A stretch of DNA of 64,000 nucleotides from Candidatus Omnitrophota bacterium (GCA_030693145.1 JAUYBI010000049.1:7305-71304); one strand, 5' to 3'; shown: positions 19,207-28,750, numbered from the stretch's first letter. Notes: generated by a model not told the origin, from the letters alone. Numbers and translations are program-made.

Positions 19207-21219
19207 ATGAACCCGGAAAATAAAGAGTTTATTATCAGCGAGCTGTCATTTTTTGCGGGCTTGAGCAAAAAAGAGTTGGCCATCATTAATGCCAAAAGCC
19301 AGGTTATTGAATACCGCAAAGGCCAAATTATTTACGAAGAAGGCTCTGCCCCCAGCGCTTTTTATTGTATTATTTCGGGCCGGGTACAAATTTACACTAA
19401 GGATAAAGACGGTAACCAATTAATTTTAGAATATCTGCACCGGGGTAAATATTTCGGCATTATTTCTTTGCTTACTAATGAAACACATTCGGTTACTAGC
19501 GAAGCAATGAATGATTGTGCTATTCTGGTGATTCAGAGAGATGATTTCAATCCCCTGCTGCAGAGTATTCCGCATTTGGCCATTGATTTAAGCCGCTCCT
19601 TAAGCCGCCGGCTTAAGCGTAAAGACATCCATCAGAAAAAAATATTTGAGAGTACGGTTATTTCGGTGTTTAGCTCTTATGCCCAGGCAGGAAAAACCGT
19701 TTACGCCTTGAATCTCGCGCTTAGCCTTAATCGTGAAACGCATAAATCGGTAATTGTTTTGGATATTTTAGCTAAGGGCAAGATACACACTTTGCCGCAA
19801 AAGCTCCAAATCCAGCAGCCGCCGATATTTGATTTATCCAGCAAGGCCGATATTCATGTTTTGCCCAAAGAGCTTATCTTAAGAAATAACTTTGGTATTG
19901 AACTGCTTTGTTTTTATTATGAGGAGGATAATGATTCTTGCCTTAAAAGATTAATTGAAATATTAAGTATTTTGGTTAATGACTACCATTATATTATTTT
20001 AGATTTGCCTGCGGCGATGGACCGCTCAATCATCAGCATGCTTAATCAAAGCGACCTGATCCACATATTGAGCAGCCCGGATCCTTGCGATTTAAAACGT
20101 ACGAATAACCTGATCAGCCGCTTGAAAAAGGATTTTAATTTTGATCCGGGTAAAATAAAGACCATTATTAATGAATATAAATTATCCAAGATTGGCCATA
20201 GCGGCCAGTTAGAAATCCTGGGCCAGGATATTTTCGCTACTATTCCTAAGATAAAATTTGACGCGCCAGCCCGGTTAATTATTGATGCGCCGGATTGCGA
20301 ATATTCCCAGGCAGTCAGGCGTATTGCCCGGCAGTTAGGGGATTGCCTGGTGGGTTTAGTGCTGGGAGTAGGGGTAGGGTATGGTTTTTGCCATCTGGGG
20401 GTATTAAAGGTTATCGAGGAAGAAAATATTCCGGTTGATATTATCGTCGGCTCCAGTATCGGCGCGCTCATTGCCAGCCTCTGGGCTGTCGGTAAAAGCA
20501 GCAGTGAAATCTTAGAGATCATGCGGGAGTTCAGAGAGCCCAAGCATATTTGGGGCTTGATTGACATAACTTTTCCGCGCCTGGGTTTTATCAAAGGCAA
20601 TAAATTGTACCGGTTTTTAAAGAAGCATCTGGGAGATAAAACTTTTTATGATGTAAAACTTCCCTTAAAAATAATTGCCAGCGATGTGCGGAAGAAAGAA
20701 CCGAAGATTTTAGACAAAGGGCTCTTAGTTGATGCTATAATGGCCTCCTGTTCCATGCCGGGGGTGTTTGCGCCTTTTAAGTTCAAAGAAGAGGTGCTTT
20801 TTGATGGCGGGGTGACCTATCCTTTGCCCACTGAGCCTTTAATGCAGATGGGGATCAAAAAGATTATCGCCGTCAATGTTACCCCCTCCCGGGAGGATAT
20901 TTTAAATCAGCTAAAAAAGCTAAAAGAAGGAGTTCCGCCGGAGTCGAGCGGGGAGATTCAGAAAGCCAGCCGCCCGGGTTTGTTTGGCCGGCTAAAGAAT
21001 TTTTTTAACTTTAATATCGTAGATATTATTTTTAGTAGTGTTGAGGTCTTGCAGTCTGAGGTCGCCAGGCGTGAAGGTGAGTTGGCGGATATTGTTTTAC
21101 ATCCGGATACTACAGGTTTATTCTGGCTGGAACTGCATAAGGCGGATGAATTTGCCAAGCGCGGAGAGGCTGAGGCGCGTAAACATTTAGCGAGGATTTG
21201 GCAGCTGGTCAATGAATGA
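19207..21219 (+). CDS. cyclic nucleotide-binding domain / patatin-like phospholipase multidomain protein
   Basis: N-terminal CAP-type cNMP-binding fold, central region with degenerate P-loop (SYAQAGKT), patatin core with GVGVGYGFCHLG oxyanion/Gly-rich loop, GSSIG serine lipase motif and DGG Asp dyad. Confidence 0.75.
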   Translation: MNPENKEFIISELSFFAGLSKKELAIINAKSQVIEYRKGQIIYEEGSAPSAFYCIISGRVQIYTKDKDGNQLILEYLHRGKYFGIISLLTNETHSVTSEAMNDCAILVIQRDDFNPLLQSIPHLAIDLSRSLSRRLKRKDIHQKKIFESTVISVFSSYAQAGKTVYALNLALSLNRETHKSVIVLDILAKGKIHTLPQKLQIQQPPIFDLSSKADIHVLPKELILRNNFGIELLCFYYEEDNDSCLKRLIEILSILVNDYHYIILDLPAAMDRSIISMLNQSDLIHILSSPDPCDLKRTNNLISRLKKDFNFDPGKIKTIINEYKLSKIGHSGQLEILGQDIFATIPKIKFDAPARLIIDAPDCEYSQAVRRIARQLGDCLVGLVLGVGVGYGFCHLGVLKVIEEENIPVDIIVGSSIGALIASLWAVGKSSSEILEIMREFREPKHIWGLIDITFPRLGFIKGNKLYRFLKKHLGDKTFYDVKLPLKIIASDVRKKEPKILDKGLLVDAIMASCSMPGVFAPFKFKEEVLFDGGVTYPLPTEPLMQMGIKKIIAVNVTPSREDILNQLKKLKEGVPPESSGEIQKASRPGLFGRLKNFFNFNIVDIIFSSVEVLQSEVARREGELADIVLHPDTTGLFWLELHKADEFAKRGEAEARKHLARIWQLVNE

Positions 21220-21239
21220 TTAAAATTAAATAATATAGT

Positions 21240-21361
21240 ATTTCCCCCTCGCGGGAGCTCGGGGTCATTTTTCCCCAAGCGCCGGAGGCTGGGGAAAAAG
21301 TTCTCCCCCTCGCGGGAGCTCGGGGTCATTTTTCCCCAAGCGCCGGAGGCTGGGGAAAAAT
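21240..21361. repeat. 2 x 61-bp GC-rich tandem repeat, each unit containing a 10-bp-stem hairpin
   Basis: CCCCCTCGCGGGAGCTCGGGGTCATTTTTCCCCAAGCGCCGGAGGCTGGGGAAAAA repeated head-to-tail. Confidence 0.85.
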
Positions 21362-21373
21362 GAGGAGCCATAA

Positions 21374-21859
21374 ATGAATAAACGTTTTGTTTCGATCGCT
21401 GTATGTTATTTACTAATTATGGTTTTGTCAGGATGCGCAACAGTCAAAGAGATGGGGAAGGGTTTTATCGGCGTATCTACGCAGGTCTTAGAAGAAAAGC
21501 GCAAGGATGCCTTGAAAAAATCTTTTGCTCTGGGATATAATGACTGCTATGTTAAAGTTAAGGATATCCTGAATACTAAGGATAAAGAATCCAGTATCTA
21601 TGCAGAGGATCTTGAGAAAAAGATGATTGCTATTTATCTTTCTCCCACAGATACTACCCCTGTAGGAATATTCTTTACTGAGGAAACAGGAGCCAGCACC
21701 TTGATTGAAATATCCAGCCCCAGCATTTACGCTAAAGAGGAAATCGCAAATAGAATATTTACCGGTATTGATACGTTACTTAATCCTAAACCCAAGCCTA
21801 ATATTCAAAACCAACAGGAGAAGAAAACTGATGTTAAAGAAAAAGTTATCAATCAATGA
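21374..21859 (+). CDS. hypothetical lipoprotein
   Basis: Signal peptide + lipobox LSGCAT; no recognisable domain. Confidence 0.45.
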   Translation: MNKRFVSIAVCYLLIMVLSGCATVKEMGKGFIGVSTQVLEEKRKDALKKSFALGYNDCYVKVKDILNTKDKESSIYAEDLEKKMIAIYLSPTDTTPVGIFFTEETGASTLIEISSPSIYAKEEIANRIFTGIDTLLNPKPKPNIQNQQEKKTDVKEKVINQ

Positions 21860-22139
21860 TTTAATTAAGGAGTGCCACCGCGTTGCTAAAAGCAAGGGTT
21901 GGTGGGATGATACGCGTAATGACGGGGAGTTAATCGCGCTGATGCATTCGGAATTATCCGAGGCCCTGGAGGCAATGCGCAGTCACGATAAAGAAAATAA
22001 TCTGGCGGAGGAATTGGCAGACTGCTGTATCCGCATATTCGATTATTGCGGCTCGCGAAAAATAGACCTGGAAAAAGCGTTATTAAAGAAAATTGAATAT
22101 AATAAAACCCGTGCTTATCGGCACGGAAAGAAGTTTTAA
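21831..22139 (+). CDS. MazG-like nucleotide pyrophosphohydrolase domain protein
   Basis: ~100 aa all-alpha NTP-PPase pattern (ExxExLExxEAxR ... EELADCxIR); internal ATG 21831 with upstream overlap. Confidence 0.55.
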   Translation: MLKKKLSINDLIKECHRVAKSKGWWDDTRNDGELIALMHSELSEALEAMRSHDKENNLAEELADCCIRIFDYCGSRKIDLEKALLKKIEYNKTRAYRHGKKF

Positions 22140-22153
22140 AAGGGGGGAATATA

Positions 22154-22390
22154 ATGCCATACGATAGCAGTTTGGATACGCAGGTGTTCACGCGGTTTTG
22201 GGAGAATGATTCCGGTAAAATTGTGGTCAGCGTTTATTCTTATAATAAGGGGCCTAAAAAGATTCAAATCGTCAGAGAGGTAAAAGATAGGAACGGCGAA
22301 TATGCTTTCGCCAAACTTGGGCGCCTGGTAAAAGAAGAAGCGGAGGGCGTATTACCATTGATCCAGGAAGCACTTAAATCGATGCAGTAA
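22154..22390 (+). CDS. small hypothetical protein (possible PC4-like/YdbC-family ssDNA-binding fold)
   Basis: 78 aa; GGGGAATATAATG RBS; weak resemblance to bacterial PC4-like proteins. Confidence 0.3.
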   Translation: MPYDSSLDTQVFTRFWENDSGKIVVSVYSYNKGPKKIQIVREVKDRNGEYAFAKLGRLVKEEAEGVLPLIQEALKSMQ

Positions 22391-22391
22391 A

Positions 22392-23948
22392 ATGATGGCG
22401 CAGAAAAAAAAGAGGGATAGCTGGGGGTCACGCCTGGGAATTATTATGGCCGTGGCGGGTTCAGCCATTGGCCTGGGAAATTTCCTGCGTTTTCCGGCTA
22501 AGGCTGCGGCTAACGGCGGGGGAGCGTTCATGATCCCCTATTTTATTTCTCTTTTGCTTTTAGGAATACCCCTGATGTGGATTGAATGGACTCTGGGCCG
22601 TTACGGAGGAGGATTTGAGCATGGCACTGCCCCCGGAATATTCCATAGCCTCTGGCAGAAAAACCGCTTTATTAAATATTTCGGAGTCATCGGAATATTC
22701 GGCCCGCTAGTTATCTTCATCTATTATATCTTTATTGAATCCTGGACTCTGGCTTACAGTTTCTTTGCTTTAACCGGCAGGTATACCGCTCTTCTGGACC
22801 AGCATTCTTTGCGCAGCTTTTTGATCGGTTTTCAGGGGTTAGAGAAAAATCAGTATTTTAATGGCATAGGAACCGCGTATACCTTCTTTTTAATTACTTT
22901 TTTATTGAATGTTTGGGTAATTTTTTATGGAATAAAAGGGGGAATAGAAAAGCTCTGTAAGTGGGCGATGCCGCTATTGTTTATTTTTGGTTTAGTGCTG
23001 ATGATCAGAGTGTTTACCTTAGGGGTTCCGGATTTAAGCAGGCCGGGTTGGAATGTTTCCGCAGGATTTGGTTTTTTATGGAATCCGGATTTTTCCGCGC
23101 TCAAGTCGGCTAAAGTCTGGCTGGAGGCAGCCGGACAGATATTTTTCACCTTAAGTGTGGGTATCGGAGTAATTCTTACCTATGCCAGTTATTTGAAGAA
23201 AGCCGATGATGTTGTGCTTTCCGGGCTTACCGCCTCGGTGACTAATGAAGTTGCCGAAGTCATCCTGGGGGCCAGCATAATTATTCCGGCGGCATTTGTA
23301 TTTTTTGGGCCGGTGGATATTAAATTAATTGCGCAGTCCGGGGTATTTAATTTAGGCTTTGTAACTATGCCGCTGGTTTTAAATAAATTACCCTGGCCGC
23401 AGCTTTTTGGATTCTTTTGGTTTTTTCTATTATTTTTAGCCGGAATAACCTCTTCGGTTTCTTTGGCGCAGCCGGCAGTGGCATTTTTAGAGGATGAGTT
23501 CAATATTAACCGTAAACGGGCAGTTTCCATATTTGGTATAGTTTCGTTCATCTTGTGCCAGCCGGCAATATTTTTTCTGGGCCGGGGAGTAGTTGATGAA
23601 TTGGATTTTTGGGGCGGCACATTTTTTCTGGTAGTTTTTGCTACCATTGAGACCATATTATTTGCCTGGGTATTTGGTATGGATAAAGCCTGGGAGGAGA
23701 TCCATCAGGGCGCGGATATGACGATACCTAAGGTTTATAAATTTATCATTAAGTATATCACGCCTGCATTCTTATTTATTATTTTAGGCCTGTGGTTTGC
23801 GCAAGAGTGGCTGCCGATAATCATGATGAAAAATGTATCCGGCGTAAATAAGCCGTTTATTTTTTGTACGCGTTTGGGTTTATTGCTTGTATTTATAATC
23901 CTGGTGGTTTTGGTAAGGATTGCTTGGAGGCGTAGAAAGCTAAAATAG
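22392..23948 (+). CDS. sodium:neurotransmitter symporter family (SNF) transporter
   Basis: WGSRLGIIMAVAGSAIGLGNFLRFP N-terminal signature, ~12 TM. Confidence 0.8.
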   Translation: MMAQKKKRDSWGSRLGIIMAVAGSAIGLGNFLRFPAKAAANGGGAFMIPYFISLLLLGIPLMWIEWTLGRYGGGFEHGTAPGIFHSLWQKNRFIKYFGVIGIFGPLVIFIYYIFIESWTLAYSFFALTGRYTALLDQHSLRSFLIGFQGLEKNQYFNGIGTAYTFFLITFLLNVWVIFYGIKGGIEKLCKWAMPLLFIFGLVLMIRVFTLGVPDLSRPGWNVSAGFGFLWNPDFSALKSAKVWLEAAGQIFFTLSVGIGVILTYASYLKKADDVVLSGLTASVTNEVAEVILGASIIIPAAFVFFGPVDIKLIAQSGVFNLGFVTMPLVLNKLPWPQLFGFFWFFLLFLAGITSSVSLAQPAVAFLEDEFNINRKRAVSIFGIVSFILCQPAIFFLGRGVVDELDFWGGTFFLVVFATIETILFAWVFGMDKAWEEIHQGADMTIPKVYKFIIKYITPAFLFIILGLWFAQEWLPIIMMKNVSGVNKPFIFCTRLGLLLVFIILVVLVRIAWRRRKLK

Positions 23949-24059
23949 GGGGGTAGAGGTGAAATTAGGAGGATGGATTTTTTTAATTTTTTCCTGGGGA
24001 TTAATTATCGGCCTGACTATTTTCTGTTTTATTAAAGTTTTTTCAAAAAGGGAGCCAAG

Positions 24060-24443
24060 ATGAACAGGTGCTTTGCGGTTATTTTAGTATTATGTTTTCT
24101 TCCATTAATTTGTGGATGCGTGCCTCTGATTATCGGGGCAGCCGCAGGCGGTATGGGGGCATATGCGGTAAGCAAGGATACTGTGCAGGGGGATACGGAT
24201 AAGAATTATGAGGCGCTTTGGGGCTCAGCCTTGAGGGTTGCCAGTGCTTATGGCACAATCCAGCAGGAAAATGCCAGTACCGGTTATATTGAATTAGGGG
24301 CGCAATCCAGCAAAGTTTGGATAAAATTAGTCCGCTTGACTCAGGCGACAACTCGGGTTAGGGTGTCTGCGCGTAAATACCATTTCCCCAACATGGAGCT
24401 GGCGCAGGATATTTTTGTGAAGATTATTACCGGTGTGAGATAA
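24060..24443 (+). CDS. hypothetical lipoprotein
   Basis: Signal peptide with Cys-rich lipobox LICGC; no domain recognised. Confidence 0.4.
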   Translation: MNRCFAVILVLCFLPLICGCVPLIIGAAAGGMGAYAVSKDTVQGDTDKNYEALWGSALRVASAYGTIQQENASTGYIELGAQSSKVWIKLVRLTQATTRVRVSARKYHFPNMELAQDIFVKIITGVR

Positions 24444-24515
24444 GAGATTCCTCGTATTTTTATCTTTTCTTTTTGGGGAATCTGTGTACAATATAACAAA
24501 AGCTTAAAATAATAT

Positions 24516-24531
24516 TTAGCCGAGATAGCTC
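24516..24531 (+). repeat. duplicated 5' fragment of tRNA-Phe (TTAGCCGAGATAGCTC)
   Basis: 16-nt exact copy of the tRNA-Phe 5' end 56 bp upstream of the gene, followed by hairpin TCCGCCACAAAGCGTGGCGGA. Confidence 0.6.
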
Positions 24532-24573
24532 TCCGCCACAAAGCGTGGCGGATTCGCTAAGACATAAAAGTTA

Positions 24574-24645
24574 GCCGAGATAGCTCAGTGGTAGAGCGCG
24601 GCCCTGAAAAGGCCGGCGTGGGGGGTCCGATTCCCTCTCTCGGCA
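24574..24645 (+). tRNA. tRNA-Phe (GAA)
   Basis: Cloverleaf: acceptor GCCGAGA/TCTCGGC, D-arm GCTCAGTGGTAGAGC, anticodon stem CGGCC/GGCCG, loop CTGAAAA (anticodon GAA), T-arm; discriminator A. Confidence 0.85.
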
Positions 24646-24654
24646 TTTAATAAA

Positions 24655-24684
24655 AAGAGGGGTTTTCATAACCCCTCTTTTTTG
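24655..24684 (+). terminator. rho-independent terminator after tRNA-Phe
   Basis: AGAGGGGTT-TTCAT-AACCCCTCT followed by TTTTTTG. Confidence 0.7.
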
Positions 24685-24863
24685 TTTATGTTATGGCGTA
24701 ATTGTGTGGAAAACATACAGTTACGCCTTTTTGTTTTCCTATACTTAATTAGTTAATTTTGTATGAATTTGTATTTTCTTTATAGTTATTGGCTCATTAA
24801 CGGCTCAAACTTATTGAGTCATTGCGAGGAGCCGAAGGCGACGAAGCAATCTCAGGAGGTTTT

Positions 24864-25400
24864 ATGGCCTACGATCACATTAGAATATTAAATACTTTAT
24901 TTGCTAGCGGTGTATGGTATGAAATGACTCTGTCTGAAGTTAGAGTTTATGTCGCTATATGCAGCCACTGGAATTGGCAGAGATTAGAGGCATATCCTGC
25001 CATAAACACCCTTGCTGAAGAAACCCGTCTTTCCCGGCGCGGAGTTATCTATGCCCTAGAGCGGCTAAAAAAGAGGGGCCTCATCAGGGTTATTAAGAAG
25101 GGTCGCAAAAACTATTACCAAATCTTTGATTATCTTTTCAAAATGACTGCAACCTCAATAGGTGCAAAAAGTGCACTAATGGAATGGATAGGTGCAGATT
25201 TCGCTAAAACAGGTGAACAGGAGCGCGTAGATGGGTGCAGCCATATTCACCACCATATTAACTATACAATAAACAATACAACTATAACTAATTCCTTTAA
25301 CGCATCTAGCGAGAAAGCTGAACCTGATTATCTAAGGCAAATGCGTAGCGATCTTTTGGCAAGCGGGAGATATTTCTCGCCTAATCGCATAAAATTGTAG
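24864..25400 (+). CDS. winged-helix/HTH DNA-binding protein (replication-initiator N-terminal-like)
   Basis: ATG 24864 after GGAGG RBS; HTH segment NTLAEETRLSRRGVIYALERLKKRGLIRV. Confidence 0.45.
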   Translation: MAYDHIRILNTLFASGVWYEMTLSEVRVYVAICSHWNWQRLEAYPAINTLAEETRLSRRGVIYALERLKKRGLIRVIKKGRKNYYQIFDYLFKMTATSIGAKSALMEWIGADFAKTGEQERVDGCSHIHHHINYTINNTTITNSFNASSEKAEPDYLRQMRSDLLASGRYFSPNRIKL

Positions 25401-25473
25401 TATAATTAGCTTTACAGTTGAAAGAGTTATTTTTGAATCTAAAAATAGAAAAATTATTGTTGGAGGTGTTGAA

Positions 25474-26565
25474 ATGAAACAGCCTTATGTACCACAGCTG
25501 CTACCGTTAGAATCAGTGGATTGGGTTAGGTTTATTACCTTAATTGGCCAAGCAAATGCTGAGCTGGCGCGATATGACGGTATATTGCAAGGCATCATTA
25601 ATCCGAGAGTCCTTTTGTCTCCATTGACTACTAATGAAGCTGTTATTTCTTCTAAAATTGAAGGAACGCAGGCTTCTTTGGAAGAGGTTTTGAAATACGA
25701 AGCTTCGCCGGATGTAAAAACTGAGAAATATGATGATATTAGGGAAATTATTAATTACCGAGAAGCAATGCGTTTCGCGATTCAATGGATGAAAGAAAAA
25801 CCTATAACGTTAAACCTAATTAAACAAATGCACGGCATGCTTCTTGACAGCGTTAGAGGTAAAGATAGAAGTCGCGGGAGTTTTAGGACTAGCCAGAATT
25901 ATATTGGTAGGTTTGGCTCTACTATTGAACAAGCAAGCTATGTTCCGCCTGAACCAGCGATTCTTATGGAGCATCTTTCAAATTTTGAGAAATATATCCA
26001 TTATGATGAAAAAGATCGCTTGGTACAATTGGCTATTATTCATGCGCAATTTGAAATAATTCATCCTTTTTTAGATGGCAATGGCAGATTAGGTAGAATC
26101 TTAATACCGCTCTTTCTTTATGAAAAGAAAGTGCTTAATTCTCCGATGTTTTATATAAGTGAATATCTTGAGAGTAATCGCGAAGAATATTACGCAAAAC
26201 TGAGGGCAATATCTGAAGATAAAAAATGGGATGACTGGATTGAATTTTTCCTTCGGGCGATCGTCGCGCAAGCAAAGGCCAATAGCGTTAAAGCAAAAGC
26301 GATACTCGAGTTATATGAAATTAAAAAACACAAACTTTCAGAGCTGACGCACTCTCAATATGTCATAAAAGTTCTAGATACGATGTTTGCGCGCCCGCTT
26401 TTTTCAACAACAGATTTTATTAAAATTTCAAAGATACCTAAAGAAAGCGCTATTAGGCTTTTACGACTACTTAAGAAAGAAAAGATACTGACTACGCTTC
26501 GGGAGGGTAAAGGAAGAAGCCCGGAGATACTCATATTTAATAAGCTTTTCGATATTGTGCAATAA
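25474..26565 (+). CDS. Fic family protein (AMPylase/adenylyltransferase-type) with C-terminal wHTH
   Basis: Canonical Fic motif HPFLDGNGRLGRIL (HPFx[D/E]GNGR), 363 aa. Confidence 0.85.
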   Translation: MKQPYVPQLLPLESVDWVRFITLIGQANAELARYDGILQGIINPRVLLSPLTTNEAVISSKIEGTQASLEEVLKYEASPDVKTEKYDDIREIINYREAMRFAIQWMKEKPITLNLIKQMHGMLLDSVRGKDRSRGSFRTSQNYIGRFGSTIEQASYVPPEPAILMEHLSNFEKYIHYDEKDRLVQLAIIHAQFEIIHPFLDGNGRLGRILIPLFLYEKKVLNSPMFYISEYLESNREEYYAKLRAISEDKKWDDWIEFFLRAIVAQAKANSVKAKAILELYEIKKHKLSELTHSQYVIKVLDTMFARPLFSTTDFIKISKIPKESAIRLLRLLKKEKILTTLREGKGRSPEILIFNKLFDIVQ

Positions 26566-26665
26566 TCTTGTGTGTAATAAATGATGCGCTATATAGTTTG
26601 TGTGTCAAAAAATAGATAAAATGACACACAAGTCATTTTGTGTGTAATATATGACACGCAGTAAA
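26566..26665. promoter_or_regulatory. cluster of TGTGTGT(A/C)A / T(G/T)ACACACA repeats upstream of hsdM (operator candidate)
   Basis: TTGTGTGTAATAAATGA (26567), inverted pair TGTGTGTCA-N13-TGACACACA (26599-26631), TTGTGTGTAATATATGA (26638). Confidence 0.45.
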
Positions 26666-26742
26666 ATCTTGTAATAAGACTATTAAGCAATATTCGCTAT
26701 ATAAAGATTCGAGGATTGATACTTGAAGTAAAGGAGATTAGA

Positions 26743-28749
26743 GTGACGATTAATTTTAAAGAGAGTGCAAGTTTTATTTGGAGCATGGCCGAACTTTTGC
26801 GCGGAGACTATAAGCAGTCTGAATACGGCCGGGTGATATTACCGCTTACGGTTTTGCGACGTCTGGATTGTGTGCTTGAGCCAACTAAGGAAGCAGTGTT
26901 GTCATATTTGCCACAAACTAAAGGATTATCGCCAGAAGCCGCCGAGACGGTACTTAAGAAAAAAGCGAAGTTATCTTTTTACAGTAAGAGCAAGTTTGAT
27001 TTTCAGAAACTGGTTGCTGATCCCAATGACATAGCCGCTAACCTAAGAAATTATATCAACGGTTTTTCTAAGAACGCCCGCAGTATTCTGGAACATTTTA
27101 ATTTTAATGATCATATCGAGCGGCTTGATAAATCGAATCTTTTGTATATGATCGTCAAGCGTTTTGCCGAAGTTGATCTGCATCCAGACAAGATTCAAAA
27201 CATTGAGATGGGCTATATCTTTGAAGAGCTTATTCGCAAGTTCGCCGACCTTTCCAATGAAACAGCCGGAGAACACTTTACGCCACGCGAAGTTATCCGG
27301 CTTATGGTCAATATTCTCTTTCTGAACGATAAAGATGTTCTTACTAAAAAAGGTATCGTAAAAACTCTATACGATCCTGCATGTGGAACTGGAGGTATGC
27401 TCTCTGTAGCTGAAGAATATCTTCGTGAACTTAACCCCGGTGCAGATTTACGCGTATTCGGTCAGGAGTTAAATCCTGAGTCTTATGCTATTTGTAATTC
27501 TGACATGCTCATTAAGGGGCAGAATACGGAGCATATTAAGTTTGGCAATTCCTTCACGCAAGATGGACTTAAAGACGAAAAGTTTGACTATATGCTGAGC
27601 AATCCTCCCTTTGGTGTGGAGTGGAAAAAGATTGAGGAGGAAATTACCAAGGAATACGAGAAGTTGGGTTTTTCTGGGCGTTTTGGCGCTGGACTTCCGC
27701 GTATCAGTGACGGCTCTTTTCTATTCTTACAGCACATGATTTCTAAGATGCGACCGGAGAATGGTGGCGCGCGGCTAGGGATAGTTTTCAACGGTTCACC
27801 TCTTTTTTCGGGTGGGGCCGTAAGTGGTGAAAGTGAAATCCGTAAATGGATTATTGAAAATGATATGCTCGAAGCGATTATTGCGATGCCGGATCAACTT
27901 TTCTATAACACCGGCATTTCGACTTACATTTGGATTGTTACGAATCGTAAAGAGAAGGAACGCAAAGACAAGATTCAGTTTATCAACGCGGTTGAGTCTT
28001 TTAGTAAAATGCCCCGTAGCCTTGGGAATAAACGAAATGAAATTAGTGATGAGCATATTACTGAAATTACCAAGATTTACGGAGAATTTAAGGAGTGTGA
28101 ATACTGCAAAATATTTCCTAACGAATATTTTGGCTATACGCGCGTAACAGTGGAAAGGTCGCTTCGGCTTAATTTTCAGGTTTTAAAGGAACGGATTGAG
28201 CGGCTTGATGAGCAGCCAGGACTAATTAATCTGGCTAAATCCAAGAAGAAAGGCAAAGAAGGATTAAGGGAAATCGAGGAAGGCGAAAAACTGAAAAAAG
28301 ATATCAAGGTGATGTTATTAACTTTCGATTCTAAGCTTTATAGGAACCGTGAGAAGTTTATTGAGGTTATCGAGCAAGTTGCAGAAAAATCAAGGCTTGA
28401 GATTAAAGCGCCTGTGATGAAGGCGATCCTTGAAGCTCTATCCGAGCGAGATGGAACGGCAGATATCTGTATGGATAAAGACGGGAATCCGGAGCCGGAT
28501 ACTGATCTGCGGGATTATGAAAACATTCCACTTATGGATAATATTGAGGATTATTTCAAGCGCGAAGTTTTGCCTCATGTGTCTGACGCGTGGATGGACA
28601 GGAGCAAAGATAAAGTCGGCTATGAGATAAATTTTACCAAGGAGTTTTATAAATACAAACCGCTAAGATCACTGAAAGAGATTCGCAATGATATCCTCGC
28701 ATTGGAAAAAGAAACCGAAGGGCTAATGGGGGAGGTTTTGAAAGACTAA
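26743..28749 (+). CDS. hsdM: type I restriction-modification system methyltransferase subunit HsdM
   Basis: HsdM N-terminal domain (FIWSMAELLRGDYKQSEYGRVILPLTVLRRLD), motif I DPACGTGGML, motif IV NPPF; GTG start 26743 after AAGGAG RBS. Confidence 0.9.
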   Translation: MTINFKESASFIWSMAELLRGDYKQSEYGRVILPLTVLRRLDCVLEPTKEAVLSYLPQTKGLSPEAAETVLKKKAKLSFYSKSKFDFQKLVADPNDIAANLRNYINGFSKNARSILEHFNFNDHIERLDKSNLLYMIVKRFAEVDLHPDKIQNIEMGYIFEELIRKFADLSNETAGEHFTPREVIRLMVNILFLNDKDVLTKKGIVKTLYDPACGTGGMLSVAEEYLRELNPGADLRVFGQELNPESYAICNSDMLIKGQNTEHIKFGNSFTQDGLKDEKFDYMLSNPPFGVEWKKIEEEITKEYEKLGFSGRFGAGLPRISDGSFLFLQHMISKMRPENGGARLGIVFNGSPLFSGGAVSGESEIRKWIIENDMLEAIIAMPDQLFYNTGISTYIWIVTNRKEKERKDKIQFINAVESFSKMPRSLGNKRNEISDEHITEITKIYGEFKECEYCKIFPNEYFGYTRVTVERSLRLNFQVLKERIERLDEQPGLINLAKSKKKGKEGLREIEEGEKLKKDIKVMLLTFDSKLYRNREKFIEVIEQVAEKSRLEIKAPVMKAILEALSERDGTADICMDKDGNPEPDTDLRDYENIPLMDNIEDYFKREVLPHVSDAWMDRSKDKVGYEINFTKEFYKYKPLRSLKEIRNDILALEKETEGLMGEVLKD

Positions 28750-28750
28750 A

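Noticed and set aside
20046-20600. 184-aa reverse-strand ORF within the patatin domain coding region
   Set aside because: Antisense to the conserved GxSxG/patatin core; no independent support.
20958-21371. 137-aa reverse-strand ORF spanning the 3' end of the patatin gene and the 61-bp tandem repeat
   Set aside because: Translation is Pro/Gly/Ser-rich repeat read-through of the GC-rich tandem units and overlaps a strong forward CDS; artefact.
23189-23656. 155-aa reverse-strand ORF inside the SNF transporter gene
   Set aside because: Antisense shadow ORF of a conserved 12-TM transporter.
26716-26742. ORF-track TTG start for hsdM at 26716
   Set aside because: GTG at 26743 is preceded at ideal spacing by AAGGAG and yields the canonical HsdM N-terminus; the upstream extension lacks an RBS.
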